Source: an uncultured Ruminococcus sp. (GTDB lineage: Bacteria > Bacillota > Clostridia > Oscillospirales > CAG-272). Taken from it: a stretch of DNA of 64,000 bases. Shown here piece by piece: positions 56,653 through 64,000 of this stretch. The notes under the pieces were generated by a model. That model saw nothing but the letters and a program-made list of their open reading frames with translations. It did no database searches and was not told where the DNA came from. The translations under genes were made by a program, and so were the position numbers. Within the stretch, counting starts at the first letter, position 1. Every line of letters starts with the position of its first letter. The stretch is taken from assembly GCA_964441695.1 (NCBI GenBank), contig CAYYKO010000001.1, positions 26,781-90,780 of the forward strand. The letters run 5' to 3'.

Positions 56653-57726
56653 ATGAAAATCCTATTTTCGAGACAGGGCAAATCTTGTTGTGTTGTCGAT
56701 AAGGAGCGTCGTATTTTTTGCATCGACGATGTTTACCTTGACATTGAAGGCAAAGAAGTTACGAACGAAGATTCCTTTCACAAAACGCAAAGCATCTACG
56801 ACGATTGTTGGTATCAATATTGGATGGATGATGAAGGATTGCCGGAAGCACTGAAAGCCGAATCAACGGTTGAGCTCGAATGGGATATTGATGACGCCTT
56901 CGGTGTTTTCGGTTTCAAAAATCGAGCGGGAGAATTTGTGATTGAGCCGCAATATGCTTATGCTCATAATTTCACAAAGGGTCTCGCTTCGGTGAACCTG
57001 AACAGGACATGGTATAAGACTCCGGAAGGCAGAAGGTACTACGAAAATCACTACGGATATATTGACGGAAACGGGAAAACCGTGATCGGATTCCGGTATG
57101 ATGAGGCATATCCGTTCAATAAATACGGCGTGGCACTGGTTTCCGATCCGGAAGCCGGTTGGTACTTGATCGATATGCAGGGAAACGAAATTCCCAATAC
57201 ACGATTTCCGTATATATCTCTGTATGATTATGAAGACCGATATTTGGAATTTTCAAATGATGATGACAATGCTCTGATTGGGCTTTATGATACAAAAGAG
57301 AGGAAAATTTTACTTGAGCCGAGATTCAGCGAGGTGATTGTAAGTGACGATGACCATATTCTTGTGTATGAAAGAGATGGAGAATATGGAGAAAGCGATT
57401 TCAGACAATACTATGTAAATAGCAGCGGTGAGCTGATTTATCCGTGGCTTACGAAGCACAGATTTGCTATTGTTGAGCAACCGGATGTTAATGATATTAC
57501 GGCAGTTGCAATTTCTCAATATACCGAGCTCACAGGAAGTCCGAGCGGCTTATTTCAGCACGATGGGAAGAAATATAAAAGGAAATTTATTTACGGATTG
57601 TTCTCATCGCACGAAGAGCTCTTGCTGCCGCTTGAATACGACAAGATAAGCAAATTACACGACGATATTTGGAGCTGCTATAAAGCCGGTATCTTCACAC
57701 TTGTTCAAACTGAGCCAAATGATTGA
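56653..57726 (+). CDS. WG-repeat (KWG-like) protein of unknown function
   Basis: It has repeated units of the type GFKNRAGEFVIEPQYAYAHNFTKGLASV, YGYIDGNGKTVIGFRYDEAYPFNKYGVALV and WYLIDMQGNEI. No signal peptide. ATG 56653 is 9 nt after AAGGAGGG. AT-rich codon usage. Confidence 0.7.
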   Translation: MKILFSRQGKSCCVVDKERRIFCIDDVYLDIEGKEVTNEDSFHKTQSIYDDCWYQYWMDDEGLPEALKAESTVELEWDIDDAFGVFGFKNRAGEFVIEPQYAYAHNFTKGLASVNLNRTWYKTPEGRRYYENHYGYIDGNGKTVIGFRYDEAYPFNKYGVALVSDPEAGWYLIDMQGNEIPNTRFPYISLYDYEDRYLEFSNDDDNALIGLYDTKERKILLEPRFSEVIVSDDDHILVYERDGEYGESDFRQYYVNSSGELIYPWLTKHRFAIVEQPDVNDITAVAISQYTELTGSPSGLFQHDGKKYKRKFIYGLFSSHEELLLPLEYDKISKLHDDIWSCYKAGIFTLVQTEPND

Positions 57727-57932
57727 CGTCATCATATGAACGGAGAACTCGAAATTCATGTGATTTATTTGAAAAGAAAAGGACTACCCGTTGCGAGAAG
57801 GCTGTATGCATACGCCCTGCTGCGTATGCTTGCTATTAAAGCCTCTGATTGTTCTGCCGCCAATCTAATTCGTCGTATTCTCTCTCGGAAGACTCTTCCT
57901 TAATTTTTCATCAACTTCATATTACCGCAGCT

Positions 57933-57970
57933 GCAAAAATCCCCGCCTCAATGTGTAGAGGCGGGGATTT
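57933..57970 (-). terminator. intrinsic terminator for the lipoprotein gene
   Basis: 13-bp stem AAATCCCCGCCTC/GAGGCGGGGATTT. The T5 run is on the minus strand. Confidence 0.8.
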
Positions 57971-57976
57971 CGTTAG

Positions 57977-58528
57977 TTACTGTGTTTGCTTTGATATTTT
58001 CAGCTCGGCGTCTGCTTCGCGCGACTTGTGAAGCGTCATGCAAAGCGCTTCGGCGTCGGATATTTCGCCGGTCTCGTTGTCGAGGATCCTCATTGAAATT
58101 GTCGCGACCCAGTCCTGGTCGAAGCCGATGCCTCCGTACGCGCTGTTGTGCTTGAGCGCACAGAGCTGCGCATTATCCATTACAAAGGTAAAGCGTCCCT
58201 CGGGGAGTCCGAGTTGGCGGACGAGTATAAGCTTATTGAAGTTTTCAACAGTCAGCGTATTGCGTGCTCCGAAGGTGAGATATATCCTTCCGTTTCGCAT
58301 CTCGACGTTTTCGTAGATGCTGTCAAGTATCTGCTGAGCGCGGCAATTGTTTGCCTCTGAGGCAGTGCTTACGCCGACAGATGTGTTTGAAAACGAGGCG
58401 CTGTCCGCGGAGGACGGCGTGCTTTCTGTCGGAACAGCCTCCTTCGCGAGTGCGCTGCAAGAGGCGAGCGTCAGCGTTGCACCGACACATAAAACGGAAC
58501 ACAGTGCCGCAAATAAAACAGTTTTCAT
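57977..58528 (-). CDS. hypothetical lipoprotein
   Basis: Signal peptide plus lipobox: MKTVLFAALCSVLCVGATLTLASC. No recognisable domain. Confidence 0.65.
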   Translation of the reverse strand: MKTVLFAALCSVLCVGATLTLASCSALAKEAVPTESTPSSADSASFSNTSVGVSTASEANNCRAQQILDSIYENVEMRNGRIYLTFGARNTLTVENFNKLILVRQLGLPEGRFTFVMDNAQLCALKHNSAYGGIGFDQDWVATISMRILDNETGEISDAEALCMTLHKSREADAELKISKQTQ

Positions 58529-58640
58529 ATCACGAATCCCGTGCTTTCACGCAACGGTCACTTTCATTTCGTTGTCGCATCAATTGTAGCACATACAGCC
58601 GCTTTTTTTGTTAACTGTATATTAACTGACGGAATATTTT

Positions 58641-60038
58641 TTATTCCTCGCGGGCAAGCACGCGACCCATGAGCACGCCCATGACGGATGCCATCATGAG
58701 ACCTCTCGTCCAGCCGCTCGAGTCACCGAGGCAGTGGAGCCCGCGGACGTTCGTATTGAAATCCGTGTCCATTTTGATACGGTTGCTGTAGAACTTGAGC
58801 TCGGGGGAATAAAGCAGCGTCTCTATCGATGCAAAGCCGGGGACGACGTGGTCTACCGCCTGGATGAAGTTGATAATGTTCATCATCGCGCGGTAGGGCA
58901 TGGCAGCCGTAATATCGCCTGCGACCGCGTCGGGAAGTGTCGGCTTAAGGTTAGACTGCGCGAGCTCCTTGGGCCATGTGCGCTTTCCGTCGAGAATATC
59001 GCCGAAGCGCTGAACGAGAATATGACCGGAGGCGAGCATGTTTGTCAGCTCGCCGACCTTCTGAGCATACGTGATAGGCTCATTGAACGGCTCACTGAAG
59101 TTATGCGAGCAGAGGATGGCAAGGTTTGTGTTGTCGCTCTTCAGCTCTTTGTAGGAGTGACCGTTGACGACCGCGAGATCGTTGTCGTAATTCTCCTGGC
59201 TGACAAAGCCGCCGGGGTTCTGACAGAAGGTACGCACCTTGTTCTTGAACGGCTTCGGGTAGCCGATGAGCTTGGACTCATAGAGTACGCGGTTGACCTT
59301 CTCGATGATCTCGTTTCTTACCTCAACGCGGACGCCGATATCGACGGTTCCGGGCTGATGGGCGATATTGTGCTCACCGCAGAGCTTCTCGAGCCAATCC
59401 GCACCGCGTCTTCCGGTAGCGATAACGGTATGTGCCGCGCGCACCTCGTCGGTCCTCTTGCCGTCGGAAATGCAGATTCCGAGGCAGGTGCTTCCATCGA
59501 GAATAAGGTCGGTGCATTCCCAGCCGAACATGATGTCGACGCCGGAGGCGAGCAGGTGACGCTCGATGGCAAGGTAAATATCCTGCGCCTTCTCCGTGCC
59601 CATATGGCGGATGGGGCAGTCGACGAGGCGAAGTCCCGCCTGGATCGCACGCTTTCTTATATCCTTGACCTCTTCGTTGTTGCCGATACCCTCAACATGG
59701 GGGTCTGCACCGAACTCGAGGTAAATATTGTCGGCATATCCGATAGTTTCCTGAACGAGCGAGTCGCCGATGAGCATGGGCAGGTCGCCGCCGACCTCGG
59801 AGCTGAGCGAGAGCTTACCGTCCGAGAATGCACCTGCGCCGGAAAAGCCCGTTGTGATGTGGCAGTTCGGTTTGCAGGAAAGGCACTTCTTTGCCTTTGC
59901 CTTCGGGCAGTGTCTGTTTTCTATCGCCTGACCCTTTTCGACAATGAGTATTTTCTGCTTGCTTCCTTTTTTAAGCATTTCAATCGCGGTGAAGATGCCG
60001 GCAGGCCCCGCACCGACTATGACAACGTCGTAATTCAT
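58641..60038 (-). CDS. FAD-dependent oxidoreductase (COG2509-like)
   Basis: N-terminal dinucleotide-binding motif YDVVIVGAGPAGIFTA. 465 aa. GGAGA RBS. Confidence 0.75.
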   Translation of the reverse strand: MNYDVVIVGAGPAGIFTAIEMLKKGSKQKILIVEKGQAIENRHCPKAKAKKCLSCKPNCHITTGFSGAGAFSDGKLSLSSEVGGDLPMLIGDSLVQETIGYADNIYLEFGADPHVEGIGNNEEVKDIRKRAIQAGLRLVDCPIRHMGTEKAQDIYLAIERHLLASGVDIMFGWECTDLILDGSTCLGICISDGKRTDEVRAAHTVIATGRRGADWLEKLCGEHNIAHQPGTVDIGVRVEVRNEIIEKVNRVLYESKLIGYPKPFKNKVRTFCQNPGGFVSQENYDNDLAVVNGHSYKELKSDNTNLAILCSHNFSEPFNEPITYAQKVGELTNMLASGHILVQRFGDILDGKRTWPKELAQSNLKPTLPDAVAGDITAAMPYRAMMNIINFIQAVDHVVPGFASIETLLYSPELKFYSNRIKMDTDFNTNVRGLHCLGDSSGWTRGLMMASVMGVLMGRVLAREE

Positions 60039-60095
60039 ATAATATTTCTCCGCTTCCTCGGAGGGCGCAATCCCTCCTTATATTAATACTATAAA

Positions 60096-60124
60096 AGTAT
60101 AACATATCTTTCCGCTGTTGTCAA
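60096..60124 (-). promoter_or_regulatory. sigma-A-type promoter for the FAD oxidoreductase gene
   Basis: Minus strand: TTGACA (60124-60119), 17 nt spacer, TATACT (60101-60096). Confidence 0.55.
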
Positions 60125-60202
60125 ATGAATTTATTATAAACAAGAATACGCTCGCGAAAAAGAAAATATAATTAAGCATCACATGCTCGGCGGAGGTGCA
60201 GA

Positions 60203-61147
60203 GTGGACGAGAGAAATTTACTTGGCGGGGAATATGTCGGAGCGCTGACGCGCCTTATGCCGTACAGGCTGGCGTCTGCGGTAATTAAATGTGCCGCGCA
60301 AAATCACGCTCCGATCGACGAGGTGCGCCTGCGGCTCGGTCGACCGATGTACATTACATCCTGCGCGCGCGATATTCGGAGCTCCTATACCGTCACGCGC
60401 GAGGATATAGAGCACACAGTAATGCAGCTTACCTCCGGCTCGCTTTACTCGCATGCCGAGACGATACGCGAGGGCTATATCATCTCGCGCGACGGCATTC
60501 GAGCAGGAATATGCGGCAGAGCGGCGGTGCGCGACGGAGAGCTCGGCGCGGTGAGCGACATCAGCTCGCTTTCGCTGAGATTTCCCCGGCGAGTTGAGGG
60601 AGCTGCCGACAGCGTGTATTCGCTCATGCGCTCGCGCGGCTTTAGGGACGGAGTTTTGATATATTCCCGCCCGGGCGTCGGAAAGACGACCGTCCTACGT
60701 GAGCTGGCGCACCTGCTTGCGAGCGGCAGAGACGCGCTTCGCGTCGCGATCGTCGACACGCGCTGTGAGCTTTCCGCATGCTGCGCCGAGCTTGAGACAG
60801 CGGACGTGCTCATGTCTTATCCGCGCGGAGCGGGAATAGAGATCGCTGTGCGAACGCTGTCGCCGCGCTACATAATCTGTGATGAGATAGGCTCAGCTGC
60901 GGACGCTCTTGCAATTTCCGAGGGCGCGAGGGCGGGCGTGTGCTTTGCGGCGTCGGCTCACGCAGGCAGCTTTGACGAGCTGATGCGGAGCGAATATATT
61001 CGCCGCCTGTGGGAGACGGGAGTATTCGGGCTTGCCGTGGGGCTTTTGTCACGACGTGAAAGCGGCGGCTACGAAAGTGAAATATCGTATTTCGTCTCGG
61101 AGAGCGAGAACTCGCGCGAAGCCCTTGCGGAGAGCTGCAAGGCATGA
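60203..61147 (+). CDS. spoIIIAA: stage III sporulation protein AA (ATPase)
   Basis: Walker A SRPGVGKTT and Walker B-like YIICDEIG. It is the first gene of a colinear spoIIIA cluster. GTG start follows GGAGGT. Confidence 0.85.
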   Translation: MDERNLLGGEYVGALTRLMPYRLASAVIKCAAQNHAPIDEVRLRLGRPMYITSCARDIRSSYTVTREDIEHTVMQLTSGSLYSHAETIREGYIISRDGIRAGICGRAAVRDGELGAVSDISSLSLRFPRRVEGAADSVYSLMRSRGFRDGVLIYSRPGVGKTTVLRELAHLLASGRDALRVAIVDTRCELSACCAELETADVLMSYPRGAGIEIAVRTLSPRYIICDEIGSAADALAISEGARAGVCFAASAHAGSFDELMRSEYIRRLWETGVFGLAVGLLSRRESGGYESEISYFVSESENSREALAESCKA

Positions 61148-61617
61148 GGCTTTTCGGCATGCTCGTGCTGATGCTTGCAGCAGTCGCAGCGGGCGTTGTG
61201 CTTGAAAAAAGCCGCGCTGGCGCAATAAATGTGCTCGAGGCGCTGTGCTCGCTGATAGCATATATCGGCGACAGCATAGAAGCCTTCGGAACGCCGCTTT
61301 GCGAGATCACGGCTGAATATCACAGCGAGCTGCTCGACGAATATTCCTTCGGGGATGTGCTGAGGCGAGACGGGCTTGCCGCAGCGGCGGTCGGTCACAG
61401 CCTGCCGCTGTCGCGCACTGCACAGCGCGTGCTTGAGGAATATGCCGGCTGCGCGGGGCATTCGTACAAAGCAGGGGAGCTGGCGGCATGCAGAATGTGC
61501 CACAGGCGGCTTTCCGAATGCCTCGCAGAGGAGAGGTGCGAATATGAGCGGACGCGGCGCCTTTACAGATATCTCCCGCCGCTTGCGGCAGCGCTGGCTG
61601 TTCTGCTTTTGCTGTAA
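61144..61617 (+). CDS. spoIIIAB: stage III sporulation protein AB
   Basis: An N-terminal TM, about 157 aa, in the second position of the operon. ATGA overlap with spoIIIAA. Confidence 0.75.
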   Translation: MRLFGMLVLMLAAVAAGVVLEKSRAGAINVLEALCSLIAYIGDSIEAFGTPLCEITAEYHSELLDEYSFGDVLRRDGLAAAAVGHSLPLSRTAQRVLEEYAGCAGHSYKAGELAACRMCHRRLSECLAEERCEYERTRRLYRYLPPLAAALAVLLLL

Positions 61618-61641
61618 GAAAACACGAAAGGCAATGAAAAC

Positions 61642-61836
61642 ATGGACGTTTCACTCATCTTGAAGGTCGCGGGCGTCGGAATGCTTGTTTCCGTATGTCA
61701 TCAGATACTCACGCGAGCCGGCAGAGAGGAGCAGGCAATGCTCGTTTCGATTGCGGGCAGCGTGACGGTGCTTGTGCTGCTTGCGGAGAAGATAGGCGAG
61801 CTTTTCGACTCGGTGCGCGGGATATTCGGCATATGA
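61642..61836 (+). CDS. spoIIIAC: stage III sporulation protein AC
   Basis: 64-aa two-TM protein MDVSLILKVAGVGMLVSVCHQIL... Confidence 0.8.
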   Translation: MDVSLILKVAGVGMLVSVCHQILTRAGREEQAMLVSIAGSVTVLVLLAEKIGELFDSVRGIFGI

Positions 61837-62222
61837 GCGAGCTGTACAGACTGTGCGGCGCAGCACTTATCGCCCTATGCGCTGTGCTCGTCCTGAGGCA
61901 GACCGGCTCACAGGGCGCGGAGCTTGTCACGGTGTTTTTCGGGGTGCTTGCCGTCTCGCATACGGCGCTTCGCCTTGAGCAGACGGTAAGGCAGCTTGCC
62001 GCTCTCGCGCAAGGCAGCAGTGTCGACGGGTATTTTAAGCTTCTGCTGAAGGCGGCGGGCGTGGCATTCGTCACGGACATTACCTCCGAGCTGTGTCGCG
62101 GCGCGTCTGCTCCGTCGCTCGGCGCATATGTCGAGCTTTTCGGACGATGCGAAATATTGCTTTGCGCCCTGCCGCTTGCCGTGGAGCTGCTTGAGCTTTG
62201 CTTCGGGCTGCTGAGGGTGTGA
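61833..62222 (+). CDS. spoIIIAD: stage III sporulation protein AD
   Basis: The internal ATG 61833 of track ORF 61695-62222 forms an ATGA overlap with spoIIIAC. It gives a 129-aa polytopic protein, MSELYRLCGAALIALCAVLVL... Confidence 0.75.
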   Translation: MSELYRLCGAALIALCAVLVLRQTGSQGAELVTVFFGVLAVSHTALRLEQTVRQLAALAQGSSVDGYFKLLLKAAGVAFVTDITSELCRGASAPSLGAYVELFGRCEILLCALPLAVELLELCFGLLRV

Positions 62223-62223
62223 G

Positions 62224-63384
62224 GTGACGCACGGCGTGAGACGTTTGATAATTTCGGTCGTGCTGCTTGCCGCGTGTCTTGCTCTGCCTGTGACGGGCAG
62301 GGAATATAATTATTCCGCGGACGACGCACCGACGCTTTATCCGAGCGAGGAGCTTGACAAGCTGTATGACTCGCTGCCCGACGAGGCAAAAGGGCTGCTG
62401 CTTGACGTTTTTGAAGACGAGAGCGAGGACGGGCGTGCCGCGGCGCTCGGAGAGCGGCTGTCGCTTGAATATATTGCGGACTGCGTGACAGGTGTGCTGC
62501 GAGAGCTGACCGGCGACGCCGTGGGCTGCGCTGCCGTCATTATCGCCGTGCTGCTTTTGACAAGGCTTGCGTCGCTCGGGGCACAGCTCAACGGACGCGG
62601 CGCGCCGACGGAGGGCTTTGCCTTCTGTGCGAGGCTCGTATGTGCGCTGGCAGTTGCACGCTGTGCGTCGGGAGCGGTGGAGCTTTGCGCCAAATATGTT
62701 GAAACGATGTCCGGCGTGATGACGGCGATGCTGCCTGTCACAGAGGCGTGCCTTCTCTCCTCGGGGCACGTGACGCAGGCATCTGTCAGCGGAACGGCGC
62801 TGATGCTGTACATAACGGTCACGGAAAGCCTGATGAAGCTTGTGCTCGTGCCTCTCGGCGGCGCGCTGCTTGCACTGTCGTTGGCGCTTGAGGCGTTCAA
62901 GGGCGTGAATATTTCAGCGGCGCTTTCGGCACTTCGACGTGTGGCGCTGATGCTTCTCGGGCTGTTCACCGTTGTTTTCTCGTTTGTGCTCGGTGTGCAA
63001 AGCTCACTTGCGAGAAGTGCCGATTCGCTTGCGGTGAAAACGCTGCGCTTCGCTGTCGGAAGCACAGTCCCACTCGTCGGCGGCGCGGTTTCCGAGGCAT
63101 TAACGAGCGTCGGTGCGTCGCTCGCGCTTGTCCGTCAAACGGTGGGAGGCGTCGGAATTGTCGTGATACTGACGCTTTCACTGCCGCCGATCACGGCGCT
63201 TGCGCTGAAAAGGCTTACGCTTTCGCTGTGCGCGGGAGCTGCCGAGCTGCTCGATTGCGGTGAGGCGGCGTCGGTAATTGAAAATGTCGGCTCGGTGCTG
63301 TCGCTGTTTCTAGCGTATGCCGTGCTGTCGGCTGTGTTCTTTGTTTTTTACGTAACGCTGTTTATGACCGTCGGCGCCGCATAA
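62224..63384 (+). CDS. spoIIIAE: stage III sporulation protein AE
   Basis: 386-aa polytopic membrane protein with a signal-like N-terminus, in the fifth position of the operon. Confidence 0.8.
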   Translation: MTHGVRRLIISVVLLAACLALPVTGREYNYSADDAPTLYPSEELDKLYDSLPDEAKGLLLDVFEDESEDGRAAALGERLSLEYIADCVTGVLRELTGDAVGCAAVIIAVLLLTRLASLGAQLNGRGAPTEGFAFCARLVCALAVARCASGAVELCAKYVETMSGVMTAMLPVTEACLLSSGHVTQASVSGTALMLYITVTESLMKLVLVPLGGALLALSLALEAFKGVNISAALSALRRVALMLLGLFTVVFSFVLGVQSSLARSADSLAVKTLRFAVGSTVPLVGGAVSEALTSVGASLALVRQTVGGVGIVVILTLSLPPITALALKRLTLSLCAGAAELLDCGEAASVIENVGSVLSLFLAYAVLSAVFFVFYVTLFMTVGAA

Positions 63385-63393
63385 GGACTCGGC

Positions 63394-63879
63394 ATGCGAC
63401 GGAACGGAGGGAAAGTGGAGCTTTACATCAGGAGCGTGCTTCTAATCGGCGCGCTGTCGAGCGCTGTTCTCGCATTTCTGCCGAAGGATGGCGGCACGAC
63501 GAAATATGTCAGCCTTACGGCGCAGCTTTTGATGCTTCTTGTGATAACGGCTCCGCTGGCATCGCTCGGCAGTCTGTCGCTTGACGCCTTACCGAGCCTG
63601 CCGCGCGCGGAGAGGGGCGAGTCGCGGTATTCGGAAAGCGTGCTGTCCTATTCGGCGGACTCTGTCTCGCGAGCTGTGGCAGAGCAGTGCGCGAGGGAAT
63701 TTTCGCTTGAAGCGGAGCGCATCGGAGTTCGGCTTATAATAGACGACAGCGACCTGCAAAGCGTCAAGATCACCGAGCTTCAGCTGTTCGTTGAAGAGAA
63801 GAACGCTTCTCGGCGGCGCGAGATACAAGAATACTTCGAAAAGCTGCTCGCCTGCCGAGTCTATGTGTTCGGTCCGTGA
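63394..63879 (+). CDS. spoIIIAF: stage III sporulation protein AF
   Basis: Two N-terminal TM segments and about 160 aa, in the sixth position of the operon. The start is ambiguous between ATG 63394 and GTG 63415. Confidence 0.7.
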   Translation: MRRNGGKVELYIRSVLLIGALSSAVLAFLPKDGGTTKYVSLTAQLLMLLVITAPLASLGSLSLDALPSLPRAERGESRYSESVLSYSADSVSRAVAEQCAREFSLEAERIGVRLIIDDSDLQSVKITELQLFVEEKNASRRREIQEYFEKLLACRVYVFGP

Positions 63880-63890
63880 AAGGAGAAGGT

Positions 63891-64000
63891 ATGGATAGCT
63901 TAAAGCGGCTCGGAAAGAGAAGAAGCGCGCTTGTCATTGCCACAGCGATGCTTGTCGGGATCGTGATGCTGCTCTTGCCGTCCGGCAAGGAGGACACCTC
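63891..64000 (+). CDS. spoIIIAG: stage III sporulation protein AG, N-terminal fragment (runs off the window)
   Basis: ATG 63891 follows AGGAGAAGG. It reads MDSLKRLGKRRSALVIATAMLVGIVMLLLPSGKED, a TM anchor in the seventh position of the operon. Confidence 0.65.
   Translation, partial: MDSLKRLGKRRSALVIATAMLVGIVMLLLPSGKEDT

Noticed and set aside
57868-57888. Possible att-type direct repeat of the tRNA-Ser 3' end (TTCGAATCCCTCTCTCTCCGA versus TCGTATTCTCTCTCGGA).
   Set aside because: Only a (TC)4 core and a few flanking bases match. This is too degenerate to call by eye, so I mention it only as weak support for the islet finding.
57737-57907. 56-codon ORF (MNGELEIHVIYLKRKGLPVARRLYAYALLRML...) that faintly resembles a GNAT acetyl-CoA-binding segment.
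   Set aside because: It has no RBS, it is too short, and the resemblance is vague. I treat it as a possible gene fragment, not a feature.
1-64000. CRISPR arrays, IS elements or transposases, integrases, prophage genes, toxin-antitoxin pairs, and restriction or other defence systems.
   Set aside because: I saw no regularly spaced repeats and no recognisable nuclease, recombinase or defence-domain proteins in any frame. The only mobile-DNA hint is the decayed islet at the tRNA-Ser gene.

Overview
This looks like a chromosomal window from a high-GC, endospore-forming Firmicute, probably Clostridia-like. The basis is a PolC-type polymerase, a spoIIIA operon, SLH-domain surface proteins and GGAGG-type ribosome-binding sites. 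I support about 60 protein genes, one tRNA-Ser(CGA), and many sigma-A-type promoters and intrinsic terminators.

The content is overwhelmingly core housekeeping:
- pth-mfd
- ylxM-ffh-rpsP-KH protein ... rimM-trmD
- serC-serA
- aspartate kinase
- pyrH-frr-uppS-cdsA-dxr-rseP-ispG-polC
- xpt
- a BMP-type nucleoside/sugar ABC importer
- spoIIIAA to spoIIIAG, with the last gene cut by the window edge

I saw no CRISPR array, rRNA, integrase, transposase or recognisable defence genes. I did not find a convincing novel multi-gene system.

The points most worth a second look:
1. pgi is full length but has a single in-frame TAG exactly at the catalytic-glutamate codon.
2. An uncharacterised ABC half-transporter / DUF1854 / ABC half-transporter operon. 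Both transporters carry long cytoplasmic N-terminal extensions ending in a Cys4 zinc ribbon. A repeat-flanked -10 box lies upstream.
3. A small AT-rich islet next to tRNA-Ser carries a perfect consensus promoter, a 49-codon Fic-N-terminus-like remnant and a WG-repeat protein.
4. The ffh-rpsP-rimM-trmD cluster is rearranged.
5. There is an unusually high density of exact TTGACA-17-TATAAT promoters.

All functional calls come from reading the translated ORFs and remembering family motifs. No searches were run. Start codons were refined by eye from RBS position.
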